64,000 nucleotides of DNA. Origin: an uncultured Alphaproteobacteria bacterium. Its GTDB lineage: Bacteria; Pseudomonadota; Alphaproteobacteria; RF32; CAG-239. The translations under genes and the position numbers were made by a program. The stretch is taken from assembly GCA_934277545.1 (NCBI GenBank), contig CAKQUG010000002.1, positions 129,024-193,023 on the forward strand, read 5' to 3'. Under the pieces are notes generated by a model that made no database searches, was not told where the DNA came from, and saw only the letters and a list, made by a program, of their open reading frames with translations. Below are positions 29,974-39,160 of this stretch, piece by piece (the first letter of the stretch is position 1; every line of letters starts with the position of its first letter).

Positions 29974-30636
29974 TTATATCAGGGTAAAGTTATTGCGTGT
30001 CGGTAACGTGGAATTATCATCAAAATCTATGTTCTGCCGATTCTTCTTTATATAGTCGATATAATTATACAAGGTTTTGCGGTTACAGTTCAAAAGAGCT
30101 GCAATTCTGCAAACAGGCACATCATCATTCAGCAGTTCAACAATTTGACTAAGGTGCTTATCTAAGTTTTTCTTTTGATTTCTGCTGCCGTTGGGGCGAC
30201 CCAGCGGACGTCCTTCGTTCCGCACGCGGTTCAGAGCTTCTTTGGTACGCTGAGAAATCAGATTACGTTCAATTTCGGCTGAAAGTCCAAACGCAAAGGC
30301 TAAAACTTTGCTTTGAATATCCGCGCCCAAACGGTAGTTGTCTTTAATGGTCCAAACTTGGGCTTCTTTGTTTAGGCAATCGTGCAAAATACTCATAACC
30401 TGCAGCAGATTACGCCCGAGCCGGGAAAGTTCGGTGGCAACCATAATATCGTCTTTTTTCAGGTTTTGCAGCAACCCTCCGAGTTTACGCTTTTCTAAAG
30501 ACTTGGAGGCGCTTATTGTCTCCATAATCCAGCAGTCTACTTTCATTTTTTCACGCTTGCAAAATTGCTCGATTTCAAATTTTTGATTTTTTGTAGTTTG
30601 TTTGTCTGTGCTGACGCGGATATAACCGTATATCAT
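29974..30636 (-). CDS. Serine site-specific recombinase (resolvase/invertase family) with C-terminal HTH
   Basis: N-terminal YGYIRVSTDKQ catalytic Ser motif with RLGR and E-helix motifs. AAGGAGAA SD 6 nt upstream of ATG 30636; the ORF track starts 6 codons earlier. Confidence 0.8.
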   Translation of the reverse strand: MIYGYIRVSTDKQTTKNQKFEIEQFCKREKMKVDCWIMETISASKSLEKRKLGGLLQNLKKDDIMVATELSRLGRNLLQVMSILHDCLNKEAQVWTIKDNYRLGADIQSKVLAFAFGLSAEIERNLISQRTKEALNRVRNEGRPLGRPNGSRNQKKNLDKHLSQIVELLNDDVPVCRIAALLNCNRKTLYNYIDYIKKNRQNIDFDDNSTLPTRNNFTLI

Positions 30637-30715
30637 TTTTTTCTCCTTTAACATTTTGTTGTGTATAAAGGGTATTAAAGTATATGCAAAAAAGTTACCA
30701 GTCTGAGATTAACAA

Positions 30716-30958
30716 TTAGGAGTGAGCGTTATTGACTGAATTGATAACGTTGCCGATTTCAACGCCTAAATATTCGGAAATTAGAATAACAGTATAAAGC
30801 GTTGGGTGTTGCGAACCGTTTTCTATGTAAAGAATAGAGCTTTTGCTCATTCCGGTATCTTTTGCCAGCTTATACTGGCTGATACCTTTTTTTATGCGTT
30901 CTTCTTTGAGAACGGCAACAATTTTGTTGCTTATATCTTGAGCTTCTCTTTTATTCAT
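30716..30958 (-). CDS. XRE-family helix-turn-helix transcriptional regulator
   Basis: 80-aa protein with a canonical HTH_3 (ISQYKLAKDTGMSKSSILYIENGSQHPTL). Confidence 0.7.
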   Translation of the reverse strand: MNKREAQDISNKIVAVLKEERIKKGISQYKLAKDTGMSKSSILYIENGSQHPTLYTVILISEYLGVEIGNVINSVNNAHS

Positions 30959-31039
30959 GAATCTATATATAAAACACTTGACTTTTTATTAGTAGTTCTG
31001 TTTAATGAACTATATTAAATAAACTGAAGAGGAAAAATA

Positions 31040-31681
31040 ATGCTGAAACACAGCCGTGAAATCGGACGCAGTATGATAGAAATGTTGGGAGTGCTGGCCA
31101 TTATTGCCGTATTAAGCGTAGGCGGAATATCCGGTTACTCCAAAGCTATGGAAAAGTTTAAAGTTAACAAAGCTATCAGTGAATACAGCTATTTAATTTT
31201 CGGGCTGCTGCAAAATTTGGATTATATTCAAGGCTTGAATGCAGCTAATGATAACGGAGCGTCAAACGCAGGGATTGTTGATTTTGTGCAGGCGACAAAT
31301 TTAGTGCCTGATACCTGGAAAAAGGTGCTGGCACGCCGTATGCTTGACCCCTATGGAAATATCATTCAGTTGTTTTCACGTAACAATCGTTTGGTTATAG
31401 ATTTTTATTTGGGCGGAGCTATGGATGAAAACGGCAATTTAACGGTTAATACGCATTTTTCATATCAGTTATGTCAAAACTTAATGACTGACCTTGTGCA
31501 GCCGCTGCATTATTCGTTATATTATGCTGGGTTTACGCAGAAATGGGCAACAAAATATTACGGCGACCAATTCTGTAACAGTGATGTCAGTTGTTTGTCC
31601 GGCTTAAATTTAACTGAAATAAATGAACTTTGTCGCTCGTGCACCGAAGGTAAAATGTGCGCTATCGTGCTTGAGTTTTAG
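31040..31681 (+). CDS. Type IV pilin-like protein (prepilin-type N-terminal cleavage/methylation domain), orphan
   Basis: Leader MLKHSREIG followed by RSMIEMLGVLAIIAVLSVGG (G|xxxxE class III signal with Glu at +5). C-terminal Cys pairs are typical of a pilin D-region. No pilus assembly genes nearby. Confidence 0.5.
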   Translation: MLKHSREIGRSMIEMLGVLAIIAVLSVGGISGYSKAMEKFKVNKAISEYSYLIFGLLQNLDYIQGLNAANDNGASNAGIVDFVQATNLVPDTWKKVLARRMLDPYGNIIQLFSRNNRLVIDFYLGGAMDENGNLTVNTHFSYQLCQNLMTDLVQPLHYSLYYAGFTQKWATKYYGDQFCNSDVSCLSGLNLTEINELCRSCTEGKMCAIVLEF

Positions 31682-32062
31682 TTTTGGAAACGCTTGCCGA
31701 CTGACTTTCTGTAAACGGTGTGGCAATTAAAAATTTTCAAAAGCGTTCAGATTTAACAAGAAATCTTTTAATCCGATAATGCCTATGCCTTTTCATCATA
31801 ATAAGGTTTGATATTATCTTTAACAATAACAATTTTCTTAAATGAATCAGCAATTTTTAATAGAGGGCGTTTTTCCTGTTCTTGTTTTTCATGGGTTGGC
31901 ATTTGAAGAGCAGACTGAATATAATATTTTTTATTGCCCTTGTTAGCAATAAAATCAACCTCGATTTTTTTCTGAATGTATTTTTTCTACAATAGAAACA
32001 ATTTTTATAAAATCGTGCAGAAATTATAAAAGGCGGTTGATTATTTGACGGAACACGCTATT

Positions 32063-33382
32063 ATGCCGTTTATGATTGATATGACACCGGAAATAAAAGA
32101 ATATACTGTCAGCGAAATTTCTGCCGCTATTAAAAAGCTGGTGGAAAATTCGTTTGCTTTTGTGCGGGTTAAAGGCGAGATTTTTGGAGCCAAACGAGCG
32201 GATTCCGGACATTGGTATTTGTCGCTGAAAGATGAAAACTCGCTGCTTGCCGCCGTTTGCTGGCGTGGTGTGGCAAATACTCTGCCGCTTAAAATTGAAG
32301 ACGGCATAGAAGTGATTGCCAGCGGACGAATCACAACTTTTAACGGGCGTTCGTCCTATCAGCTGGTAATTGAAAAACTGGAAATCGCCGGCGAAGGCGC
32401 GTTGCTGAAACTTTTGGAAGAACGCAAACAAAAATTTTTGGCCGAGGGTTTGTTTGCTCAAGAGCATAAAAAGGCTATTCCATATCTTCCGCAGACTATC
32501 GGGGTGATTACCAGTCCGACCGGCGCGGTTATCCGAGATATTATTCATCGGGTGCGCGATAGATTTCCCAGCCGCATTATTGTGTGGCCGACGCCGGTGC
32601 AAGGCGAGGGAGCTGCCGAAAAAATTGCCGCGGCGATTAAGGGATTTAACGCTTTGCCGTTGGGGGATAAAAATCGTCCGGACGTATTGATTGTGGCGCG
32701 CGGCGGCGGTAGTTTGGAAGATTTGTGGCCGTTTAATGAAGAAGTTGTGGTGCGGGCGGTTTATGATTCGGTTATTCCGCTGATTTCGGCGGTTGGGCAT
32801 GAAACCGACACTATGTTAATTGACTATGCGGCGGATTTGCGGGCTCCGACACCAACAGGTGCGGCGGAGTTGGCTGTTCCGGTCAAAAAAGACATATACA
32901 ACACATTGCTGACGGCAGATTTACGTATGCAGAATGCGGTTACTCGTTATATGAGTGAATTTAAGCAATACGTTGAAGCGCTGGGGCGGGGGATTCCGCC
33001 GCTGGAGCAGTTGGTGTTAGAAAATCAGCAAAAAATTGATGACCGCAGCGAACGGCTGAAGTTGGCGTTTGCAAATTTGCTGAAAGATAAAGATAATTTA
33101 TTAAAATTGACGAATTTGAAACCTTTTTATATTAAGAATCTGTTTGACGCTAAGAAAGAAAGCCTGAAAAATTTGGCTCTGCGTTTGGATTCCGTTTCGG
33201 TAGAATCGGTGCTGAAACGCGGATTTGCTTGGGTTTCGGATGGTCAATTTAAAACGCTGTATTCAACTACCCAGGCTAAACGCTGTGATGAATTGCACAT
33301 TCGATTTGTGGACGGAATCGTTAAGGTTAAAATGATGGAGAAACACAATGCCGTGCAAGGCGATTTGTTTGACGATTTGTAG
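32063..33382 (+). CDS. xseA: Exodeoxyribonuclease VII large subunit
   Basis: OB-fold N-terminus (VSEIS..VRVKGEI...GHWYLSLKD), a catalytic core, and a coiled C-terminal region. Start chosen at ATG 32063; the ORF track begins at TTG 32045. Confidence 0.85.
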   Translation: MPFMIDMTPEIKEYTVSEISAAIKKLVENSFAFVRVKGEIFGAKRADSGHWYLSLKDENSLLAAVCWRGVANTLPLKIEDGIEVIASGRITTFNGRSSYQLVIEKLEIAGEGALLKLLEERKQKFLAEGLFAQEHKKAIPYLPQTIGVITSPTGAVIRDIIHRVRDRFPSRIIVWPTPVQGEGAAEKIAAAIKGFNALPLGDKNRPDVLIVARGGGSLEDLWPFNEEVVVRAVYDSVIPLISAVGHETDTMLIDYAADLRAPTPTGAAELAVPVKKDIYNTLLTADLRMQNAVTRYMSEFKQYVEALGRGIPPLEQLVLENQQKIDDRSERLKLAFANLLKDKDNLLKLTNLKPFYIKNLFDAKKESLKNLALRLDSVSVESVLKRGFAWVSDGQFKTLYSTTQAKRCDELHIRFVDGIVKVKMMEKHNAVQGDLFDDL

Positions 33383-34181
33383 TTTGTTGGCGGCGCTGCC
33401 GGCCGAGGCGCTTACTATGTGCGGTGCGGCGCAGCAGGGCGGAATTATTCGTTTACAGGACAATAATTTGGCTAAAGTTAAGCTAAACGGCAAAACGTAT
33501 AAAGCCGATAAAAGCGGCGAGCTGGCTATTGCTTTCGCTCGGGACGCCGAATTGTGGCAGCCGTTGAAAATTTTTTATAAAGACGGTGCGATGCGGACAT
33601 ATAATCTGCAAATAGCTCAAACTAAATGGGACGTGCAAGAGATAAATGGTTTGCCGAGTTCTAAAGTTGCACCGGCAAAAACCGATTGGACGGCTATTCA
33701 AAAAGAGCAAAAAGACGTTGGCGGTGCGCTGAATGAATTTAGCGATGCCGAAAGCTGGAAAGCCGATATGCTGAAACCGGCAGAAGGACGTACCAGCGGT
33801 AATTTTGGCGGACAGCGCATTATGAACGGACAAAAGAAAAATCCGCATCAGGGCTGGGATATTGCTGTGCCGGAGGGAACAGAAATTAAAGCGCCGGCTG
33901 ACGGAATTGTTACTTTGAGCGACGGACCGTATTTTTATAGCGGCAATGTGGTTGTTTTGGAACACGGACAGAATTTGAGTACGGTTTATGCGCATTTGCA
34001 AAAAACTTTAGTAAAAAAAGGCGATAAGGTGCAAAGAGGGCAGGTTATCGGGCTGGCCGGTAAAACCGGCAGAGCGACCGGCTCACATCTGCATTGGGGC
34101 GCTTCGCTGAACGGTGCGCGTTTTGACGCTAAAAATCTGTTGAATTTTTATGATAAAAACTGCAAAAAAATAGAGGACTGA
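33348..34181 (+). CDS. M23 family metallopeptidase (LytM/lysostaphin-like), exported
   Basis: HxxxD / HxH motifs (HQGWDIAV ... GSHLHWG) in an M23 fold with an N-terminal signal or lipobox-like segment. The 5' end overlaps the xseA stop by 35 nt, so the start is uncertain. Confidence 0.7.
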   Translation: MPCKAICLTICSLLAALPAEALTMCGAAQQGGIIRLQDNNLAKVKLNGKTYKADKSGELAIAFARDAELWQPLKIFYKDGAMRTYNLQIAQTKWDVQEINGLPSSKVAPAKTDWTAIQKEQKDVGGALNEFSDAESWKADMLKPAEGRTSGNFGGQRIMNGQKKNPHQGWDIAVPEGTEIKAPADGIVTLSDGPYFYSGNVVVLEHGQNLSTVYAHLQKTLVKKGDKVQRGQVIGLAGKTGRATGSHLHWGASLNGARFDAKNLLNFYDKNCKKIED

Positions 34182-34182
34182 T

Positions 34183-35010
34183 ATGACGACTTTTCATTTG
34201 ACAATGTTGGCTTTATTGCAAGGAATTACCGAATTTTTGCCGGTTAGTTCCTCCGGACATCTGATTTTATTTTCTAAATTTACTTCTTTTCCCGACCAAG
34301 GGTTGGAGATAGACGTTGCTTTGCATATCGGCTCTATTATTGCCGTGATGATTTATTTTTGGCGCGATATTTGGTATATGGCTGTCGGTGTGGCTAAAAG
34401 CAAATTGCTTCCGGATTTTAAAATATATGGCTGCAAGGTGTTTTATTTGGTATTGATTGCCACTATTCCGGCGCTTGTCTGCGGTTTGGCTCTGAAAATT
34501 ATAGGTACGGAAGAATTACGCAGTACCAAGTTAATCGGCTGGAATATTTTGCTGTATGGTCTTTTGCTGTGGATTATCGACAGAATGTCGCTGACAGCTT
34601 TAAAAATCCGTAATCTGGAAGTGAAAGACGCTGTTTTAATCGGTTTGGCGCAATGTTTAGCTTTGCTTCCTGGAACAAGCCGCTCGGGCATTACCATAAC
34701 CATGGGGAGATTTTTGGGCTTGGAACGCCGTGAAGCAGCTAAATTTTCAATGTTGCTTTCTATTCCGACGATTGTTGTCGCCGGTTTGGTTGAAGGTTAT
34801 GAAATTTGGCAAAGCGGAGATATGGCGCTGATTTTGAGAGCGTTTGACGGTGTACTTTATTCTTTCGGTTTTTCGTTGATGGCGATTTTTGTTTTGATGC
34901 AATGGCTCAAAAAATGGTCGTTTTTCCCGTTTGTGCTGTATCGTGTAGCTCTTGGTACGATGCTTCTCCTGGACGCCTATGGAATTTATGACATAAAAAC
35001 ATTATTTTAA
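34183..35010 (+). CDS. uppP: Undecaprenyl-diphosphatase
   Basis: Polytopic membrane protein with BacA/UppP motifs (GITEFLPVSSSGHL, PGTSRSG). Confidence 0.85.
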   Translation: MTTFHLTMLALLQGITEFLPVSSSGHLILFSKFTSFPDQGLEIDVALHIGSIIAVMIYFWRDIWYMAVGVAKSKLLPDFKIYGCKVFYLVLIATIPALVCGLALKIIGTEELRSTKLIGWNILLYGLLLWIIDRMSLTALKIRNLEVKDAVLIGLAQCLALLPGTSRSGITITMGRFLGLERREAAKFSMLLSIPTIVVAGLVEGYEIWQSGDMALILRAFDGVLYSFGFSLMAIFVLMQWLKKWSFFPFVLYRVALGTMLLLDAYGIYDIKTLF

Positions 35011-35052
35011 TCAAGAGCTTATAAAAAAACTTTCAAAAAAATACAGTATGCA

Positions 35053-35081
35053 CTTGCATAGGAAAAAATCGCTCCCTATAT
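35053..35081 (+). promoter_or_regulatory. Sigma-32 (RpoH)-type heat-shock promoter upstream of dnaK
   Basis: CTTGCAT, a 14-nt spacer, then CCCTATAT (consensus CTTGAAA-N13-15-CCCCATNT), about 35 nt upstream of the dnaK start. Confidence 0.5.
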
Positions 35082-35115
35082 ACATTTTTAGAAATGAAAT
35101 GGAGGATTTAAAATT

Positions 35116-37032
35116 ATGAGTAATAAAGTTATAGGTATTGACCTCGGTACAACAAACTCTTGCTTTGCCGTTATGGAAGGTAAAGATGCAAAAGTTTTGG
35201 AAAACTCTGAAGGCGCGCGCACAACGCCGTCTATGGTCGCTTTTACGGATACTGAGCGTTTGGTTGGTTATCCGGCAAAGCGTCAGGCTGTTACCAATCC
35301 TGAAAATACCTTGTTTGCTATTAAAAGATTGATTGGCCGTCGTTATGATTCGGCAGAAGTAGAAAAATTCAAAGAACATTGTCCGTTTAAGATTGTTCCG
35401 GGCGACAATGGCGATGCTTGGGTAGAAGTTAAAGGGCAAAAATATGCTCCGTCTCAAATTTCGGCTATCGTTTTGCAAAAAATTAAAGAATATGCCGAGA
35501 GTTATTTGGGCGAAAAAGTAGAAAAAGCTGTTATTACAGTTCCGGCTTATTTCAACGACTCACAACGTCAGGCTACTAAAGACGCCGGTAAAATTGCCGG
35601 ATTGGAAGTTTTGCGTATCATCAACGAGCCGACTGCTGCTGCTTTGGCTTACGGTATGGATAAAAAGGCTTCCGGTACAATCGTTGTATACGACCTTGGC
35701 GGCGGTACATTCGATGTTTCCATTTTGGAAATAGGCGATGGTGTGTTTGAAGTTAAAGCTACAAACGGCGATACATTCTTGGGCGGTGAAGACTTTGACC
35801 AACGTATTGTCAACTATTTGGCTGATGAGTTCAAAAAAGAAAACGGCATTGACTTGCGCGGCGACAGACTTGCTTTACAACGCTTGAAAGAAGCTGCCGA
35901 AAAAGCTAAAATTGAATTGTCTTCTACAACTCAAACCGAAATCAACTTGCCGTTTATTACTGCGGATTCAACAGGTCCTAAACACTTAAACATCAAATTG
36001 ACTCGCGCTAAACTGGAATCTTTGGTTGACGATTTGATTGAAAAAACCGCTATTCCTTGCCAAAAGGCTTTAGCCGACGCCGGATTGAAAGCCAGCGACA
36101 TCAGCGAAGTTATTTTGGTTGGTGGTATGACTCGTATGCCGAAAGTTCAAGAAAAAGTTAAAGAAATTTTCGGACGCGAACCGCATAAAGGCGTAAACCC
36201 TGATGAAGTTGTGGCTGTTGGTGCAGCTATTCAAGGCGGCGTGTTGATGGGCGACGTTAAAGACGTATTGCTGTTGGATGTTACCCCATTGTCTTTGGGT
36301 ATTGAAACTTTGGGCGGCGTGTTTACTCGTTTGATTGACCGTAACACCACTATTCCGACCAGAAAGTCGCAGGTATTCTCTACGGCCGAAGACGGTCAGA
36401 CCGCTGTAACCATCAGAGTGTTCCAAGGCGAGCGTGAAATTGCCGCACACAACAAATTGCTTGGTCAGTTTGACTTGGTAGGTATTCCGCCTGCACCGCG
36501 TGGTATGCCGCAAATTGAGGTAACTTTTGATATTGACGCCAATGGTATTGTAAACGTATCGGCTAAAGATAAAGCTACTAACAAAGAGCAAGCAATTCGT
36601 ATTCAGGCTTCCGGCGGTTTGAGCGATGCGGAAATTGACAAGATGGTTAAAGACGCAGAAGCCAATGCCGAATCTGATAAAAAACAGAAAGAGTTGGTAG
36701 ACGCTAAAAACCGTGCCGAAGGCTTGGTTCACGAAGTTGAAAAGAACCTCAAAGAATTTGGCGACAAAGTCGCCGAAGCCGATAAAAACAGCATTACTGC
36801 TGCGGTTGAAGCCGTAAAAGCCAGCATGGAAAAAGAAGACCTTGAAGACTTGAAGTCTAAGACCGACGCTCTAATGCAGGCTTCTATGAAACTTGGCGAA
36901 GCTATGTATAAAACACAGCAGGCTCAAGGCGCACAGGGTGCGGCACAGGGTGCTGATACCGGTGCGGCTTCCGGCGAACAGCCAAAGAAAGATGACAACG
37001 TGGTTGACGCTGATTTTGAAGAAGTTAAATAA
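35116..37032 (+). CDS. dnaK: Molecular chaperone DnaK (Hsp70)
   Basis: Full-length Hsp70 with signatures [27 protein letters not shown] and a C-terminal EEVK. Confidence 0.97.
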   Translation: MSNKVIGIDLGTTNSCFAVMEGKDAKVLENSEGARTTPSMVAFTDTERLVGYPAKRQAVTNPENTLFAIKRLIGRRYDSAEVEKFKEHCPFKIVPGDNGDAWVEVKGQKYAPSQISAIVLQKIKEYAESYLGEKVEKAVITVPAYFNDSQRQATKDAGKIAGLEVLRIINEPTAAALAYGMDKKASGTIVVYDLGGGTFDVSILEIGDGVFEVKATNGDTFLGGEDFDQRIVNYLADEFKKENGIDLRGDRLALQRLKEAAEKAKIELSSTTQTEINLPFITADSTGPKHLNIKLTRAKLESLVDDLIEKTAIPCQKALADAGLKASDISEVILVGGMTRMPKVQEKVKEIFGREPHKGVNPDEVVAVGAAIQGGVLMGDVKDVLLLDVTPLSLGIETLGGVFTRLIDRNTTIPTRKSQVFSTAEDGQTAVTIRVFQGEREIAAHNKLLGQFDLVGIPPAPRGMPQIEVTFDIDANGIVNVSAKDKATNKEQAIRIQASGGLSDAEIDKMVKDAEANAESDKKQKELVDAKNRAEGLVHEVEKNLKEFGDKVAEADKNSITAAVEAVKASMEKEDLEDLKSKTDALMQASMKLGEAMYKTQQAQGAQGAAQGADTGAASGEQPKKDDNVVDADFEEVK

Positions 37033-37055
37033 CGTTGCTTTGTCAAAAAAAATAT

Positions 37056-37090
37056 CCGTTTCAGAAATGAAACGGGTATTTTTTTGTTTG
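37056..37090 (+). terminator. Rho-independent terminator after dnaK
   Basis: Stem CCGTTTC / GAAACGG with a 6-nt loop, then a T-run (GTATTTTTTTG). Confidence 0.65.
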
Positions 37091-37153
37091 TTGACATTTA
37101 TCCTGAAAAATATATACTCAAGTTAGATGTTAAATTTTTAATTCTTAATTTTT

Positions 37154-37861
37154 ATGACAAACAATATTATTAAATTTTCGCAGAAAAACATTCCGAAAAT
37201 TAAAGCCGGTATGTTTTGGTATGACGACGACACTTTTTCGGCAGATTTAATTGCAGATAAAAAAGTTAAAGCCGTCGTTGAGTTGGTGGATATCAACAAT
37301 CAGATTGTGTATGGCGACATTTTTGTTCAGGCAAAAAGAATGCTCTATTCAGAGGCTTTGAAATATATCAAATTCTTTAACGAGTTTTGCCAGATGCCGG
37401 ATTATTTGGTGCGGCAGGTTTTATATGATAAGATGGTGAAAATTTTTACGTTTCGGCAAACCGAGAGTTTTATTGCTGAATTTACCGAGTATAAGAATAA
37501 TTACACAATAAAACCTAACTCAAAAATTTGCATGTATGACAGTTTTCAGCATTTAAAGGTGGCAAAGTCGCAGAAAAAAATTGATGACGCCTGCATAAAA
37601 CTGCATAAAACAGTTCGCAGCGATGCGTTCAGCACTGCGGATTGTCTCTATTATGTTTGGCTGGACTTTTGGAAAGAAGCAAGTCCCTATTGGATGACAG
37701 ATGACGCCTTGTTTGGTGACAATACAATAGAGGAAAAATTTGTCTATCCGGTCTTAGCTATGAAACTTCCTGAAAAGAAGGGGCAGTTTCTGGATGAGTT
37801 GGAAAAGATGGAAATTGATAATCAGATTGCAGCTGATTGGCGTGAGGCGGATTCTGAGTGA
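37154..37861 (+). CDS. Hypothetical protein (235 aa) inserted between dnaK and dnaJ
   Basis: ORF with no recognisable motif. It sits between a terminator after dnaK and a separate promoter region before dnaJ. Confidence 0.45.
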   Translation: MTNNIIKFSQKNIPKIKAGMFWYDDDTFSADLIADKKVKAVVELVDINNQIVYGDIFVQAKRMLYSEALKYIKFFNEFCQMPDYLVRQVLYDKMVKIFTFRQTESFIAEFTEYKNNYTIKPNSKICMYDSFQHLKVAKSQKKIDDACIKLHKTVRSDAFSTADCLYYVWLDFWKEASPYWMTDDALFGDNTIEEKFVYPVLAMKLPEKKGQFLDELEKMEIDNQIAADWREADSE

Positions 37862-37997
37862 TAATTGCAAAAAACAGTTCTGAAATTGATTTTCAGAGCT
37901 GGTTTTGCTTTAAAATCGTGTAAGATTTTGTTTTAGTCTTGCATTCGGCAAATAAAAAAACTAAGTAGATGGTGTATGGAATTTTTGGACGAGAAAA

Positions 37998-39137
37998 ATG
38001 GTTGAAACAGAATATTATGACCTGCTGGAAGTGAGTACGACAGCCAGCGCTGATGAAATTAAAAAAGCCTTTAGAAAACAGGCGATGAAATATCATCCTG
38101 ATAGAAATCCTGATAATAAAGAGGCTGAACAAAAGTTTAAACAAATAAATGAAGCGTATGAGGTTTTGAAAGACGAGCAAAAACGCGCGGCCTATGACCG
38201 CTATGGTAAAAACGCGTTTGCTGGCGGCGGCATGGGCGGTGGTAATCCGTTTGGCGGCGGATTTGATTTCAACGGCGGCGGATTTGCCGATGTGTTTAAC
38301 GATATTTTCTCGGAATTTATGGGCGGAAACGCCGGTCGTCAGCGCTCATACAGCCAACGCGGCAGCGACTTGCGCTATAATCTGAATATCACGCTGGAAG
38401 ACGCTTTTAACGGTGTGGAAAAAGAAATTGTTATTCCAACCACCAAAGAATGTGAAACCTGTCACGGTCACGGTACTAAAGACGGCAAAGAGCCAGAAGT
38501 TTGCCCGACTTGTAAAGGCAGCGGCAAAGTGCGTACCCAGCAAGGCGGATTTTTTGTTTTTGAAACTGCTTGCCCAAATTGTAAAGGTTCGGGCCGTGTA
38601 ATTAAAGAACCTTGTCCTGATTGCCGCGGAGCCGGTCAGGTAAAAATCAATAAGAAGCTGAAAATAAACATCAAAGCCGGTATTGAAAGCAATATGCGTA
38701 TCCGCGTTGCCGGCGAGGGCATGGCTGGTGTGCATGGCGGAGAAAACGGTGATTTGTATGTTGGTATCGTGGTTGAACCGCATAAGCTCTATGAGCGTCA
38801 TGGCGATGATTTATACACGGCGATTCCAATTTCTGTCAGCTGCGCCATTTTAGGAGGTACGGTGGAAATTCCGGCGATTGACGGAACAAAGGTAAAAGTA
38901 GAAGTGCCGGCCGGTACTCAAAACGACACCCTGATAAAAGTTAAAGGGCAGGGCATGCACCTTTATGATTCGGAACGCCGCGGCGATTTGTATGTTAGTG
39001 CGAAAGTGATTATTCCGACTAAGCTAAACGCCAAACAAAAAGAACTGATTGAGGCTTTCCGCGCCGAAAATAAAGATGATTCTTGCCAACCGGAATTGAA
39101 AAGTTTCTTTGACCGCATAAAAGATTTGTTTAAGTGA
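37998..39137 (+). CDS. dnaJ: Molecular chaperone DnaJ (Hsp40)
   Basis: J-domain with HPD (KYHPDRN), a G/F-rich linker, and four CxxCxGxG zinc-finger repeats. Confidence 0.95.
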   Translation: MVETEYYDLLEVSTTASADEIKKAFRKQAMKYHPDRNPDNKEAEQKFKQINEAYEVLKDEQKRAAYDRYGKNAFAGGGMGGGNPFGGGFDFNGGGFADVFNDIFSEFMGGNAGRQRSYSQRGSDLRYNLNITLEDAFNGVEKEIVIPTTKECETCHGHGTKDGKEPEVCPTCKGSGKVRTQQGGFFVFETACPNCKGSGRVIKEPCPDCRGAGQVKINKKLKINIKAGIESNMRIRVAGEGMAGVHGGENGDLYVGIVVEPHKLYERHGDDLYTAIPISVSCAILGGTVEIPAIDGTKVKVEVPAGTQNDTLIKVKGQGMHLYDSERRGDLYVSAKVIIPTKLNAKQKELIEAFRAENKDDSCQPELKSFFDRIKDLFK

Positions 39138-39160
39138 TTATTCTTGGCTTAAACTGGATA

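Larger units (their letters stand above)
29877..32040. other. Small accessory islet adjacent to tRNA-Ala (recombinase, XRE regulator, pilin-like gene, gene remnant)
   Basis: Non-core genes lie between tRNA-Ala and xseA and include a serine recombinase. No flanking repeats were identified by eye. Confidence 0.35.

Noticed and set aside
29877-31040. Hin/Gin-type invertible promoter segment controlling the pilin-like gene
   Set aside because: I could not find inverted-repeat recombination sites flanking any segment by visual inspection. It remains only a hypothesis under the islet finding.
32024-32800. 258-aa ORF antisense to xseA
   Set aside because: It lies entirely within the xseA coding region, which shows clear homology. 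Its translation is His/Arg-rich low complexity.
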